From: Obrimoposthia wandeli
Lineage: Eukaryota
DNA length: 64,000 bases
NCBI GenBank assembly: GCA_977020255.1
Contig: CDROCS010000506.1
Span: forward strand, 2,294,001 to 2,358,000
Direction of reading: 5' to 3'
Under the pieces are notes generated by a model. That model did no database searches. It saw only the letters and a list, made by a program, of their open reading frames with translations, and was not told where the DNA came from. The position numbers and the translations under genes are program-made. Within the stretch, counting starts at the first letter, position 1. Each line of letters opens with the position of its first letter. Below are positions 12,212 to 23,359 of the stretch, one piece after another.

Positions 12212-12369
12212 CTTACGAGTAGGGCTACACACGTGCTACAATGGCGCATACAACGGGCTGCAAACCAGCGATGGTAAGCGAATCCCATAAAGTGCGTCGT
12301 AGTCCGGATTGGGGTCTGCAACTCGACCCCATGAAGTCGGAATCGCTAGTAATCGTGAATCAGAATGTC

Positions 12370-12423
<54 letters not shown>

Positions 12424-12544
12424 GGCTGCACCAGAAGTCATTAGCTTAACCTTCGGGAGGGCGATGACCACGGTGTGGTTCATGACTGGGGTGAAGTCGT
12501 AACAAGGTAGCCCTAGGGGAACCTGGGGCTGGATCACCTCCTTA
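11003..12544 (+). rRNA. rrs: 16S rRNA, operon 3
   Basis: Full-length with standard termini; aberrant helix-18 region about 11501-11560 (see findings). Confidence 0.97.
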
Positions 12545-12662
12545 CGTAAAGTTGTTAATCTTTGTAAGTGCCCACACAAATTGCTTGAATAGAAAATTAG
12601 AAAGCATGTCTTATTAATAGTAAGACAACGATTGGGATGAAATCCAATCGTGAAAGTAAATA

Positions 12663-12714
12663 AGAGGCCTATTTCACGGCGGTAACACGAGTTCAAATCT
12701 CGTACGGGATACCA
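12663..12714 (+). pseudogene. Degenerate tRNA-Glu remnant in ITS of operon 3
   Basis: Versus 6492-6567, lacks GTGTCCCGTTCGTCT (15 nt, including the 5' acceptor strand) and GGACACCGCCC (11 nt); 3' half intact to CCA. May be an assembly artefact. Confidence 0.75.
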
Positions 12715-12932
12715 CTTTACTCTCTTTATAAAAATCAAAGCTAAGCATTGTTGTTTATCTTTGCTTTTTAGCAAATGCTCTTTAAAAATTTGGAAAGCTG
12801 AATAAATAAAGAAGTTCTTAAAACACGTTATTACTTCGGTAATAACAATGAAGTGTTCTTGAGTATTCTTGAGGCGAAAAAAACTAGATAATACCTAGTT
12901 ATTTCAATTGTACGGTCTACTTTAGATTGTAT

Positions 12933-14810
12933 GGTTAAGTGACTAAGCGTATACGGTGGATGCCTAGGCAGTCAGAGGCGATGAAGGACGTGTTAATCTG
13001 CGTTAAGCTGTGGGGAGTTGATAAAAAGCGTTAATCCACAGATTTCCGAATGGGGGAACCCACCTTACTAAGTAAGGTATCGTTAAGTGAATACATAGCT
13101 TAACGAAGCGAACCGGGAGAACTGAAACATCTAAGTACCCCGAGGAAAAGAAATCAATAGAGATACCCTTAGTAGCGGCGAGCGAACGGGGTCTAGCCCT
13201 TAAGCAGTTTGGAAGTTAGTGGAAGAATCTGGAAAGTTTCACGATACAGGGTGATAGTCCCGTACATGAAAACGACCTTACTGTGAAATCGAGTAGGACG
13301 GCACACGTGATATGCTGTTTGAATATGGGAGGACCATCTTCCAAGGCTAAATACTACTGACTGACCGATAGTGAACCAGTACCGTGAGGGAAAGGTGAAA
13401 AGCACCCCGACGAGGGGAGTGAAATAGAACCTGAAACCGTATACGTACAAGCAGTGGGAGCAGACTTGTTCTGTGACTGCGTACCTTTTGTATAATGGGT
13501 CAACGACTTAATTTCAGTAGCAAGGTTAAGCGAATAGCGGAGCCGTAGGGAAACCGAGTGTTAACTGCGCGAATAGTTGCTGGGATTAGACCCGAAACCC
13601 GGTGATCTCAGCCATGGGCAGGTTGAAGGTTGAGTAACATCAACTGGAGGACCGAACCGACTAATGTTGAAAAATTAGCGGATGACTTGTGGCTGGGGTG
13701 AAAGGCCAATCAAATCTGGAGATAGCTGGTTCTCCCCGAAAGCTATTTAGGTAGCGCCTCGCGTCTAACTATTGGGGGTAGAGCACTGTTAAGGCTAGGG
13801 GTCATCCCGACTTACCAACCCTTTGCAAACTCCGAATACCAATAAGTTCAATCGCGGGAGACACACGGCGGGTGCTAACGTCCGTCGTGGAAAGGGAAAC
13901 AACCCAGACCGTCAGCTAAGGTCCCAAAGTGTATGTTAAGTGGGAAACGATGTGGAAAGGCTCAGACAGCCAGGAAGTTGGCTTAGAAGCAGCCATCTTT
14001 TAAAGAAAGCGTAATAGCTCACTGGTCGAGTCGGTCTGCGCGGAAGATTTAACGGGGCTAAACATACCACCGAAGCTACGGATGCAAGACTTGTTCTTGC
14101 ATGGTAGAGGAGCGTTCTGTAAGCCGTTGAAGGTGAGTTGAGAAGCTTGCTGGAGGTATCAGAAGTGCGAATGTTGACATGAGTAACGATAATGGGGGTG
14201 AAAAACCTCCACGCCGAAAGACCAAGGGTTCCTGTCCAACGTTAATCGGGGCAGGGTGAGTCGACTCTAAGGCGAGGCCGAAAGGCGTAGTCGATGGGAA
14301 ACTGGTTAATATTCCAGTACTCGCTTATATTGCGATGGGGTGACGGAGAAGGTTAGGCTAGCATGGCGATGGTTGTCCATGTTTAAGGTAGTAGGCAAGT
14401 GACTTAGGCAAATCCGGGTCGCTCTCTTTAGTGAGAATGCTGAGAACTGATGACGAGTCTCTACGGAGATGAAGTAGTTGATACCCGGCTTCAGGAAAAA
14501 CCTCTAAGCTTCAGATATGAGAGAATCGTACCCCAAACCGACACAGGTGGTTAGGTAGAGAATACTAAGGCGCTTGAGAGAACTCGGGTGAAGGAACTAG
14601 GCAAAATGGTACCGTAACTTCGGGAGAAGGTACGCCAATGATGGTGAAGGACTTGCTCCGTAAGCTATTGTTGGTCGCAGAGAAATGGTGGCTGCAACTG
14701 TTTATTAAAAACACAGCACTGTGCAAAATCGAAAGATGACGTATACGGTGTGACGCCTGCCCGGTGCCGGAAGGTTAATTGATTGGGTTAGACTTAGGTC
14801 GAAGCTCATG

Positions 14811-14908
<98 letters not shown>

Positions 14909-15166
14909 GGCCACGCTGTCTCCACCCGAGACTCAGTGAAATTGAAATCGCTGTTAAGATGCAGTGTACCCGCGGCTAGACGGAAAGACCCCGTGAACCT
15001 TTACTATAGCTTGGCACTGAACATTGAACCTACATGTGTAGGATAGGTGGGAGACTGTGAAACATTGTCGCTAGATGATGTGGAGTCTACCTTGAAATAC
15101 CACCCTTGTACGTTTGATGTTCTAACGTAGGTCCCTTATCGGGATTGCGGACAGTGTCTGGTGGGT

Positions 15167-15209
<43 letters not shown>

Positions 15210-15330
15210 ACGAAGGTTGGCTAAACATGGTTGGACATCATGTGGTTAGTGCAAAGGCATAAGCCAGCTTAACTGCGAGACAGACACGTCGAGCAGGTAC
15301 GAAAGTAGGTCTTAGTGATCCGGTGGTTCT

Positions 15331-15386
<56 letters not shown>

Positions 15387-15415
15387 ACCGCCCAAGAGTT
15401 CATATCGACGGCGGT

Positions 15416-15458
<43 letters not shown>

Positions 15459-15460
15459 TT

Positions 15461-15493
<33 letters not shown>

Positions 15494-15662
15494 TGGTACG
15501 CGAGCTGGGTTTAGAACGTCGTGAGACAGTTCGGTCCCTATCTGCCGTGGGCGTTTGAGAATTGAGAGGAGCTGCTCCTAGTACGAGAGGACCGGAGTGG
15601 ACGAACCACTGGTGTTCGGGTTGTTATGCCAATAGCATTGCCCGGTAGCTAAGTTCGGAACT

Positions 15663-15693
<31 letters not shown>

Positions 15694-15830
15694 AGGCCTC
15701 GAGATGAGTTCTCACTGGAGCTTTAAGCTCCCTAAAGGGCCGTTGGAGACTACAACGTTGATAGGCAAGGTGTGTAAGTGCTGTGAGGCATTGAGCTAAC
15801 TTGTACTAATTACCCGTGAGGCTTAACCAT
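12933..15830 (+). rRNA. rrl: 23S rRNA, operon 3
   Basis: Same termini and motifs; divergent patches at about 13396-13412 and 13714-13736. Confidence 0.98.
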
Positions 15831-15962
15831 ACAAATTAAAGTATGATTAATTGAAATATCGACTTAAGAATAGATTGAACACTTTACGTTTTAAAGACTT
15901 CTTTATTTATAGCTTTTCAGATTAAAACGAAGTGAAAGCTTCTATAGAAAGCAAACCAGATT

Positions 15963-16081
15963 TGCTTGGTGACCATAGTGTTGCGGTACCACCTGACTCC
16001 ATTCCGAACTCAGTAGTGAAACGTAATAACGCCGATGGTAGTGTGGGGCTTCCCCATGTGAGAGTAGGGCATCGCCAAGCG
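15963..16081 (+). rRNA. rrf: 5S rRNA, operon 3
   Basis: Matches the operon 2 5S on reading. Confidence 0.96.
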
Positions 16082-16094
16082 CCAAATTAGAATT

Positions 16095-16125
16095 AGCCGA
16101 TATCAGTGATGATATCGGCTTTTTT
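16095..16125 (+). terminator. rrn T1-like terminator
   Basis: Same stem as 9953-9983. Confidence 0.9.
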
Positions 16126-16164
16126 GTGTCTAAAATTTAAGGTCTGATACTTAAATATAGCAAT

Positions 16165-16193
16165 AAAATAACCAGCCTGCGGCTGGTTATTTT
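16165..16193 (+). terminator. rrn T2-like terminator
   Basis: AAAATAACCAGCC-TGC-GGCTGGTTATTTT. Confidence 0.85.
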
Positions 16194-16370
16194 ACACCGA
16201 GACTTGGTTACCTCTGCAATACTGAAAAATGTCCTTCTTGATCACCTTAGAATCTCAATTTACGAATGTTTATCTATTTCTGTCGCAAAAACCAACATGT
16301 TGTTTTTTCTATATTGCATAGTGAGTAGCTATGCTCCACAATTCCAGTAGGTTATTAGTCTGGAGTTACC

Positions 16371-19300
16371 GTGTTTAATCTTTATCATTCGAATCAGTTA
16401 GATATTTTAAAAGAGCTTATGGCTCACTTTATTGCTAAAGATCCACTTGCCGACCCTTTTGTTGAAGAGCAAGTTCTTGTTCAAAGTCCGGGTATGGCGC
16501 AATGGGTTAAAATGGAATTGGCGAAGTCGATGGGCATATCGGCGAATATCACCTTCCCATTACCAGCATCTTTCATTTGGAAAATGTTCCAGAAAGTATT
16601 ACCTAATATTCCAGACAAAAGTGCTTTTAATAAAGAGGCTATGTCGTGGAAGTTAATGCTAATACTGCCTGATTTATTAGAACAAATTGAATTCGAATCA
16701 TTAAAGCATTACTTAGCGGATGACTCTGATGACTATCGCCTATTTCAGCTATGCCAAAAAATATCTGATACGTTTGATCAATATTTAGTATATCGACCAG
16801 AATGGGTTGCAGCTTGGGAGTCAGGTGAAAATATTCATGCGGATACACACCCTTGGCAACCGTTATTATGGCGTGCATTAGTCAAAAGAACAGAAGAGTT
16901 GGGTCAATCTCATTACCACCGTGCAAACTTATATGATCAATTTATTGCGCGTCTTAATCAGCCTAATTTTGATGCTACGCTTTTACCTGCGCGCATATTT
17001 GTATTTGGCGTTTCAGCACTGCCTCCACGCTATTTAGATGCGCTGCAAACGCTTGGTAAACATACTGATGTTCACTTTATGTTATCCAACCCTTGTCGAT
17101 TATATTGGGGTGATCTTATCGACCCTAAATGGCTGCTAAAACAACGGACCATGCTTAATCATAATAATGAAAAGTTAGGTATGAGCCATAAAGTAAGCGC
17201 GAGTGATGAAGATACTGTTCGAGCTTTATTTGATGAAGATGATGCCTTTAAAGTGGGTAATCCATTATTAGCTTCTATGGGCAAATTAGGTCGAGATAAC
17301 CTGGCGTTATTAACTGGATTTGGTTGTCAGGAGTTAGACGTATTTGTTGAACCGACTGATGAAGGCTTATTGGCTAGTATCCAGCGTGATATTTTAGATT
17401 TATCTGATCGCAGTATGGCTGAATTTAGTTCGTCAATAAATGATGGTTCAGAACCTGATAGCAGTTATAAGCTTAGCGTCAGTACAACTGATTCTTCACT
17501 TGAGCTTCATAGTTGCCACAGCCCTATGCGTGAAGTCGAAGTCTTACATAATAACTTGCTTTCAATGTTTGCGGAAAATCCAGATTTAAACCCGCGTGAT
17601 GTGGTTATCATGATGCCTGATGTGAATGGCTATAGCCCTTATATTCAAGCCGTGTTTGGTGCCATCGATCGTTATGATGAACGTTATATTCCTTTTTCGG
17701 TTTCTGATAGTGGCGCGCAATACGATAACCCTATTCTACTTAGTTTTTTACAATTATTGGCTTTACCTTTATCACGCTGTAATGTCTCTGAACTATTGTC
17801 GTTATTAGAAGTACCCGCGGTATTAGCTCGTTTTGCTATTACACCTGATGAGTTTAACCGATTACGCCAATGGATTGATGAGTCTGGTATCCGCTGGGGA
17901 TTAGACGAGGATGATGCGACACGCTTTGATTTGCCTGGCATGAAGCAAAATACCTGGTTGTTTGGCTTACATCGCATGCTGTTAGGCTATGCATATGGCG
18001 GTGATGATATTTACCAAGGTATTTTACCGTATCAAGAAGTGCAGGGCATTGAAGCTGAGTTGTTAGGTAAACTTGCTCAATTTATTGAAGCGTTGTTAGA
18101 TAGTATTACCTCATTGCAAGATCCTAAATCGATTATTGATTGGATCAAGTTAGCGAATACACTCATTGATGATTTTTACAAAATAGATGTTGATGATGAG
18201 CAATCGATAAAGATTATTCGCGATGCTTTTTCTCATCTTGATGAGCAATTAAAAAGTGCTAGTTACGACAAATTAATTACACCCTTGGTGTTACGTGATT
18301 ATTTAAATAACTCATTATCCCAAGTTGGTTCAAGTCAAAAATTCCTCGCCGGACAAGTTAACTTTTGTACGCTTATGCCAATGCGTTCAATACCCTTTAA
18401 AGTCATTTGTTTACTTGGTATGAATGACGGTGTTTATCCGCGTTCGATTCCACCGATGGGCTTTGATTTAATGGCGAATGATCACAAGCAAGGTGATCGT
18501 AGTCGTCGTGATGATGACCGTTACCTATTTCTAGAAGCGTTGATTTCAGCACAAAGTAAATTATACATTAGCTACATAGGTAACAGCATTCGCGATAAGA
18601 GTGAACGTTTACCATCTGTGTTGATTACTGAGTTATTACAATATTGCCAGCAAAGCTTTTGTATTGCGGGTGATGAACAGCTCTCACCAGATGAATCAGC
18701 AGAGCGTTTGTTGAGTCATTTAATTAATCATCATGCATTGCAGCCTTTTGATGCACGTTATTTTAATCCTGAGTCGCCAATGTCTTTCGCGAAAGAATGG
18801 TTACCCGCATTAGCGCCGAATGTTGAATTAAGAGAATTCTTAAGCGAACCTTTACCTGCATTAGTTGTTAACGATGATACTCAAGAAATTGAGTTAGCGG
18901 AGTTATTGCGTTTTTACCGACATCCAACCAAGTATTTCTTTAACCGACGTTTGAAGGTTTACTTTAACCAAGCAAGTCTAGATGTATTAGATGATGAACC
19001 TTTCGATGTTGATAATTTAGAAAAATATCACCTTAAAGCGCAATTGTTAGAAACAGAATTAGCGGGTGGAGATGTTGCACAGGTGACAGCTAGGTTAGTT
19101 GCCTCTGGTAGTTTGCCGCTAGGCCGATTTGGACAAATATCATTAAACAAAGAAGTGGCGACGGTAAGCCAACTTGCTCAGGTGTTAACACCTCTTTTAA
19201 CCAATAATAATGATGATATCGAAGTTGATATTCCACTGGTATCAGGGCGCTTAGTTGGTTGGTTAAAACAAGTATATAACGGTGGTTTGGTGAGACATAA

Positions 19301-19763
19301 GCCCAGCGGCTTCAATGGTAAAGATTATTTACAAGTTTGGTTAGAGCACTTGTGCTTTTGCATTAGTATTAAAAATCCGATGCCGACTACTTTAGTTCAT
19401 TTAACCGCGGGTAAGCCTATCGTACAAAGCCTTAAAGTAATTGAAGCATCTCGAGCGAGAGAATTATTATTTCAATTACTTGAAGTATATAACGATGGTT
19501 GTTGTCAGCCTTTTGCGCTATTTCCAAAAACGGGTTGGGGTTGGGCAAAGTCCATGTGTTCAAGTTCTGAGCCTGATGAATATAAATTACGTGCTGAAGC
19601 ATTATTAAATTTCGAAGGTGGTTATAACCGCATGGGTGAAAATGCGGATGATTACTTACAGCGCAGTTTTCCACGTTTAAATGATGACGTTTATGACTTG
19701 ATGAAAGCATCCTCTGAAACCACACTATTTCCAATATTTGATTACCTAGAGGATGTTGAATAA
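16371..19763 (+). CDS. recC: Exodeoxyribonuclease V gamma subunit
   Basis: 1130 aa; N-terminal YHSNQL...LVQSPGMAQW, FCTLMPMRSIPFKV and DRSRRDDDRYLFLEA motifs; GTG start with GGAG RBS at 16362-16365. Confidence 0.97.
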   Translation: MFNLYHSNQLDILKELMAHFIAKDPLADPFVEEQVLVQSPGMAQWVKMELAKSMGISANITFPLPASFIWKMFQKVLPNIPDKSAFNKEAMSWKLMLILPDLLEQIEFESLKHYLADDSDDYRLFQLCQKISDTFDQYLVYRPEWVAAWESGENIHADTHPWQPLLWRALVKRTEELGQSHYHRANLYDQFIARLNQPNFDATLLPARIFVFGVSALPPRYLDALQTLGKHTDVHFMLSNPCRLYWGDLIDPKWLLKQRTMLNHNNEKLGMSHKVSASDEDTVRALFDEDDAFKVGNPLLASMGKLGRDNLALLTGFGCQELDVFVEPTDEGLLASIQRDILDLSDRSMAEFSSSINDGSEPDSSYKLSVSTTDSSLELHSCHSPMREVEVLHNNLLSMFAENPDLNPRDVVIMMPDVNGYSPYIQAVFGAIDRYDERYIPFSVSDSGAQYDNPILLSFLQLLALPLSRCNVSELLSLLEVPAVLARFAITPDEFNRLRQWIDESGIRWGLDEDDATRFDLPGMKQNTWLFGLHRMLLGYAYGGDDIYQGILPYQEVQGIEAELLGKLAQFIEALLDSITSLQDPKSIIDWIKLANTLIDDFYKIDVDDEQSIKIIRDAFSHLDEQLKSASYDKLITPLVLRDYLNNSLSQVGSSQKFLAGQVNFCTLMPMRSIPFKVICLLGMNDGVYPRSIPPMGFDLMANDHKQGDRSRRDDDRYLFLEALISAQSKLYISYIGNSIRDKSERLPSVLITELLQYCQQSFCIAGDEQLSPDESAERLLSHLINHHALQPFDARYFNPESPMSFAKEWLPALAPNVELREFLSEPLPALVVNDDTQEIELAELLRFYRHPTKYFFNRRLKVYFNQASLDVLDDEPFDVDNLEKYHLKAQLLETELAGGDVAQVTARLVASGSLPLGRFGQISLNKEVATVSQLAQVLTPLLTNNNDDIEVDIPLVSGRLVGWLKQVYNGGLVRHKPSGFNGKDYLQVWLEHLCFCISIKNPMPTTLVHLTAGKPIVQSLKVIEASRARELLFQLLEVYNDGCCQPFALFPKTGWGWAKSMCSSSEPDEYKLRAEALLNFEGGYNRMGENADDYLQRSFPRLNDDVYDLMKASSETTLFPIFDYLEDVE

Positions 19764-22700
19764 TGGCTGATGTAAATATTCTAAATGCAATGACGTTTCC
19801 CTTATATGGAGAACGCCTCATTGAAGCATCTGCTGGTACGGGTAAAACATTTACCATCGCCAGCTTATACCTGCGTTTACTTTTAGGGCATGGCGGCGAA
19901 AATGCTTATCACAAAGATGGTGAAAACCAACTTCTCACGGTTGAACAAATATTAGTTGTAACCTTTACGGAAGCGGCTACCGCAGAATTACGCGATCGTA
20001 TTCGTGCCCGTATTCATCAAGCGCGGGTCGCATTTAGTGTTGGTCACAGTAGCGATCCCGTGATTAGCTTGCTGCTGGCAGATATTAAAGATCAAGATTA
20101 CGGACGTTGTGCAAAATTATTATTAGCTGCAGAAAGACAAATGGACGAAGCGGCGATTTATACTATTCATGGTTTTTGTCAGCGCATGCTTAAGCAAAAT
20201 GCATTTGAATCGGGCGCATTATTTGAAAGTGAATTTATTACTGACGAATCGCAGTTAAAATTTAATGCCATTGCCGATTTTTGGCGCAGTCATTTCTATC
20301 GTTATAAAGATGGCATGGTGGATATGGTACATAGCTTTTGGTCATCGCCTCAAGCGCTATTGCGAGACATTGCTGGGTACCTATCTAATACTGATATTGA
20401 GTTTATTGCCAAAACAAGCAGTGATGATATCGCTGAAGATTATGACAAACTCGTGGACTCGATTCAGCAGGTCAAAGCGTCGTGGTTTAAAAACGTAGGT
20501 GATCTTTGTGAATTGATTCAAGCGGGAAATTTAAACGGCAATAGCTACCGTCCTGCAAGCGTATCGAAATGGTTGCATGAAATGCTGACGTGGTCGCAAT
20601 CAGAAACCACTCAAAATGATCTGCCTGATTGTTTAGTTAAATTTTCTCAACATGCTTTGACGACCAAAACCAAAAAGGGTAAAGAATCACCAGAACATCA
20701 GGTATTTGCTGACATTGAACTACTATTAGAAAAACCTCTGTCGCTTAAAGATTGTTTCATCGTTAAAGCCGTTGAATACGTGCGTGCGCGTGTGATGAAA
20801 ACTAAAAATCAATCACAACTGTTGTCGTTTGATGATCTGCTGTCTGGGTTATCAGATGCGTTAACTGGTGATCAAGCTGTTAGTTTAGCTGAGTGTATCC
20901 GCAGCCAATATCCAATCGCGATGATTGATGAATTCCAAGATACCGATCAACAACAGTACGATATTTTCAATACCATTTATGGCAAGCAAGATGGTGCTGG
21001 TTTGTTCATGATTGGCGACCCGAAACAAGCTATTTATAGTTTCCGTGGTGCTGATATTTTTACTTACATGCAAGCCCGTGAAAATGTTGAAGCGCACTAT
21101 ACGTTAGCTAAAAACTGGCGGTCTTCGAATTCGATGGTTAGCGCAGTTAACCGCGTATTTGAACATGCCAATAAGCCGTTTATTTATGAAGACAGTATCA
21201 GTTTCCTGCCCGTTGATTCACATGGTAAAAGCAAGCCGTTATTATTAAATGGTATTGAACCTGCGGCGTTACAATTGTGGTTGCATGAAGAGGAAGACCA
21301 AAAAAATATCACCAAGGGTCGATACCAACAAGTTTATGCGAAAGCAACTGCGAACCAAATTGCGACCTTATTGACGGATGCCCAGCAAGGTAATGCCATG
21401 CTATCGGGGCGTCCGATAAAAGCAGGTGATATTGCCATTCTTGTGCGTACTGGTGCTGAAGCTAAATTAGTCCGTGATCAGCTTGATGCTTTAGCTATTC
21501 CTAGTGTGTATATGTCGAATCGCGAAAGTGTATTCGCCAGTCGTGAAGCGCGCGAGTTGTATCATATCTTTGCAGCTATATTGAACCCTGAAGATGAGGG
21601 GTTATTACGAGCGGCATTAGCGACATCTATTTTTGAAAAACCGGCGATTGAATTAGACCAGCTCAGTAATGATGAAAAAGTGTGGGAACAAACAGTTGCT
21701 GAATTTAAGCTGTATCAAAAAACCTTACAGTGGCAAGGCTTCTTACCGGCATTAAGATTGTTATTGAATAAACAAAATATCGCCGCGATCATGCTATCTG
21801 CTCAAGGCGGTGATCGCCGTTTAACTGATGTTCTGCATTTAGGTGAACTGCTGCAAGAAGCAAGTTTAGAGCTTGATGGAGAATACAGTTTATTCCGTTG
21901 GTTTGGTGAGAAGATTGAAAACCCTAATGGTGATGCACAAGAGCAATTAGTACGTTTAGAAAGTGAAGCAGACTTGGTGCAGGTTGTTACTATTCATAAA
22001 TCCAAAGGATTGGAATATAACTTAGTATTCTTGCCATTCATTTGTGCGACTAGACAAGCATCAACGCCGCTTTATCATCAAGATGGGCATACTTATGTGC
22101 ATCTTGATTTAGATGATGCAGAGAAGCTTGAAGCAGCTAAAGAGCAAGCGGATGAAGAGCGTTTGGCGGAAGATTTACGTTTGCTTTATGTTGCGTTAAC
22201 GCGTGGTGTTTATGCAACGTGGTTAGGACTTGGCGCCGTTAAAATGGGTAATTCTCATAATAAGATGCACCTTAACGCAATGGGTTATCTATTACAGCAA
22301 GGCGAAGAGTGCAAAGATACCGAATTTAAAACCTGTGTTGAAAAGCTGGCAGAGCAATCCGTTGATGAACTGAGATCGTGCGTTGCTATTGTGGAACCAC
22401 CGTTAGCTGCAGTACCTGCTTACCAGCCTGTTGCTGAGCCAGTAGTAACCTATCAAGCTAAAACCATGACTAACCCGATCAGCAAGAATTGGTGGGTAAC
22501 CAGTTATTCGGCATTGTCTCGTCATCGCTCTAGCGGTAACGCTGGTAACAGTCATTCTAGTTACGATGCCTCGCTGGAGTTACCAGGGTTTGATGCCGAA
22601 GTGAATACCGAAAAAGATGAAGAGCAGGAAATGAGTTGGGATATTTTTAGTTTCCCACGCGGTGCTGCCGCCGGTACTTTATTACATACTGTGTTTGAGC

Positions 22701-23359
22701 ATATTGATTTTGCTAATGTTGATGAGGAAGCGTTAACTGAGCAGATCTTACAATTATTAGAACGTGAAGGTTACGATATTGCTTGGCTACCTATTTTACT
22801 TGAATTGGTGAACCAGGTACTGGATTGCCCACTACAAGATGGTTTTAGTTTACGTCAACTGGCCCCCTCACAAAAGAAAGTTGAGATGGAATTCTTTATG
22901 CCTATCTCATCGCTTAACTGTGATGATTTGAACGTATTGATAAAGCAGCATGACGGATTATCTCAGCAAGCGGGCGAGTTAGATTTTCAGCAGGTCAGCG
23001 GTATGTTAAAAGGTTTTATCGATTTGGTGTTTGTCTATGAAGGCCGCTATTACGTCCTTGATTATAAATCTAACCATTTAGGTGACAGCCAAGCTGAATA
23101 CACTGCCGATGCGATTGATCATGTCATGATTGAGCATCGCTATGAACTGCAGTATCAGTTATATACTTTGGCGTTGCATCGTTTTTTACGTTCGCGTATT
23201 CCAGATTATGATTACGAACAGCATTTTGGCGGCGTCTATTACTTATTCTTACGTGGAATGAGGGTTGAGACAGGCAATGAATATGGTGTGTTTTTTACCA
23301 AACCATCACTCGATTTTGTTATGCAGTTAGATGAATTATTTTTAGGAGAACTTGCATAA
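19763..23359 (+). CDS. recB: Exodeoxyribonuclease V beta subunit (helicase/nuclease)
   Basis: Walker A EASAGTGKT, IDEFQDTD, VTIHKSKGLE, nuclease GFIDLVF...DYKSN; TAATG coupling with recC. Confidence 0.98.
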   Translation: MADVNILNAMTFPLYGERLIEASAGTGKTFTIASLYLRLLLGHGGENAYHKDGENQLLTVEQILVVTFTEAATAELRDRIRARIHQARVAFSVGHSSDPVISLLLADIKDQDYGRCAKLLLAAERQMDEAAIYTIHGFCQRMLKQNAFESGALFESEFITDESQLKFNAIADFWRSHFYRYKDGMVDMVHSFWSSPQALLRDIAGYLSNTDIEFIAKTSSDDIAEDYDKLVDSIQQVKASWFKNVGDLCELIQAGNLNGNSYRPASVSKWLHEMLTWSQSETTQNDLPDCLVKFSQHALTTKTKKGKESPEHQVFADIELLLEKPLSLKDCFIVKAVEYVRARVMKTKNQSQLLSFDDLLSGLSDALTGDQAVSLAECIRSQYPIAMIDEFQDTDQQQYDIFNTIYGKQDGAGLFMIGDPKQAIYSFRGADIFTYMQARENVEAHYTLAKNWRSSNSMVSAVNRVFEHANKPFIYEDSISFLPVDSHGKSKPLLLNGIEPAALQLWLHEEEDQKNITKGRYQQVYAKATANQIATLLTDAQQGNAMLSGRPIKAGDIAILVRTGAEAKLVRDQLDALAIPSVYMSNRESVFASREARELYHIFAAILNPEDEGLLRAALATSIFEKPAIELDQLSNDEKVWEQTVAEFKLYQKTLQWQGFLPALRLLLNKQNIAAIMLSAQGGDRRLTDVLHLGELLQEASLELDGEYSLFRWFGEKIENPNGDAQEQLVRLESEADLVQVVTIHKSKGLEYNLVFLPFICATRQASTPLYHQDGHTYVHLDLDDAEKLEAAKEQADEERLAEDLRLLYVALTRGVYATWLGLGAVKMGNSHNKMHLNAMGYLLQQGEECKDTEFKTCVEKLAEQSVDELRSCVAIVEPPLAAVPAYQPVAEPVVTYQAKTMTNPISKNWWVTSYSALSRHRSSGNAGNSHSSYDASLELPGFDAEVNTEKDEEQEMSWDIFSFPRGAAAGTLLHTVFEHIDFANVDEEALTEQILQLLEREGYDIAWLPILLELVNQVLDCPLQDGFSLRQLAPSQKKVEMEFFMPISSLNCDDLNVLIKQHDGLSQQAGELDFQQVSGMLKGFIDLVFVYEGRYYVLDYKSNHLGDSQAEYTADAIDHVMIEHRYELQYQLYTLALHRFLRSRIPDYDYEQHFGGVYYLFLRGMRVETGNEYGVFFTKPSLDFVMQLDELFLGELA

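Noticed and set aside
279-13450. ORF-track entries inside the rRNA genes (for example 279-491, 4841-5140, 11018-11317, 12346-12774)
   Set aside because: They lie within 16S/23S/5S and repeat with each copy; these are well-known spurious rRNA ORFs.
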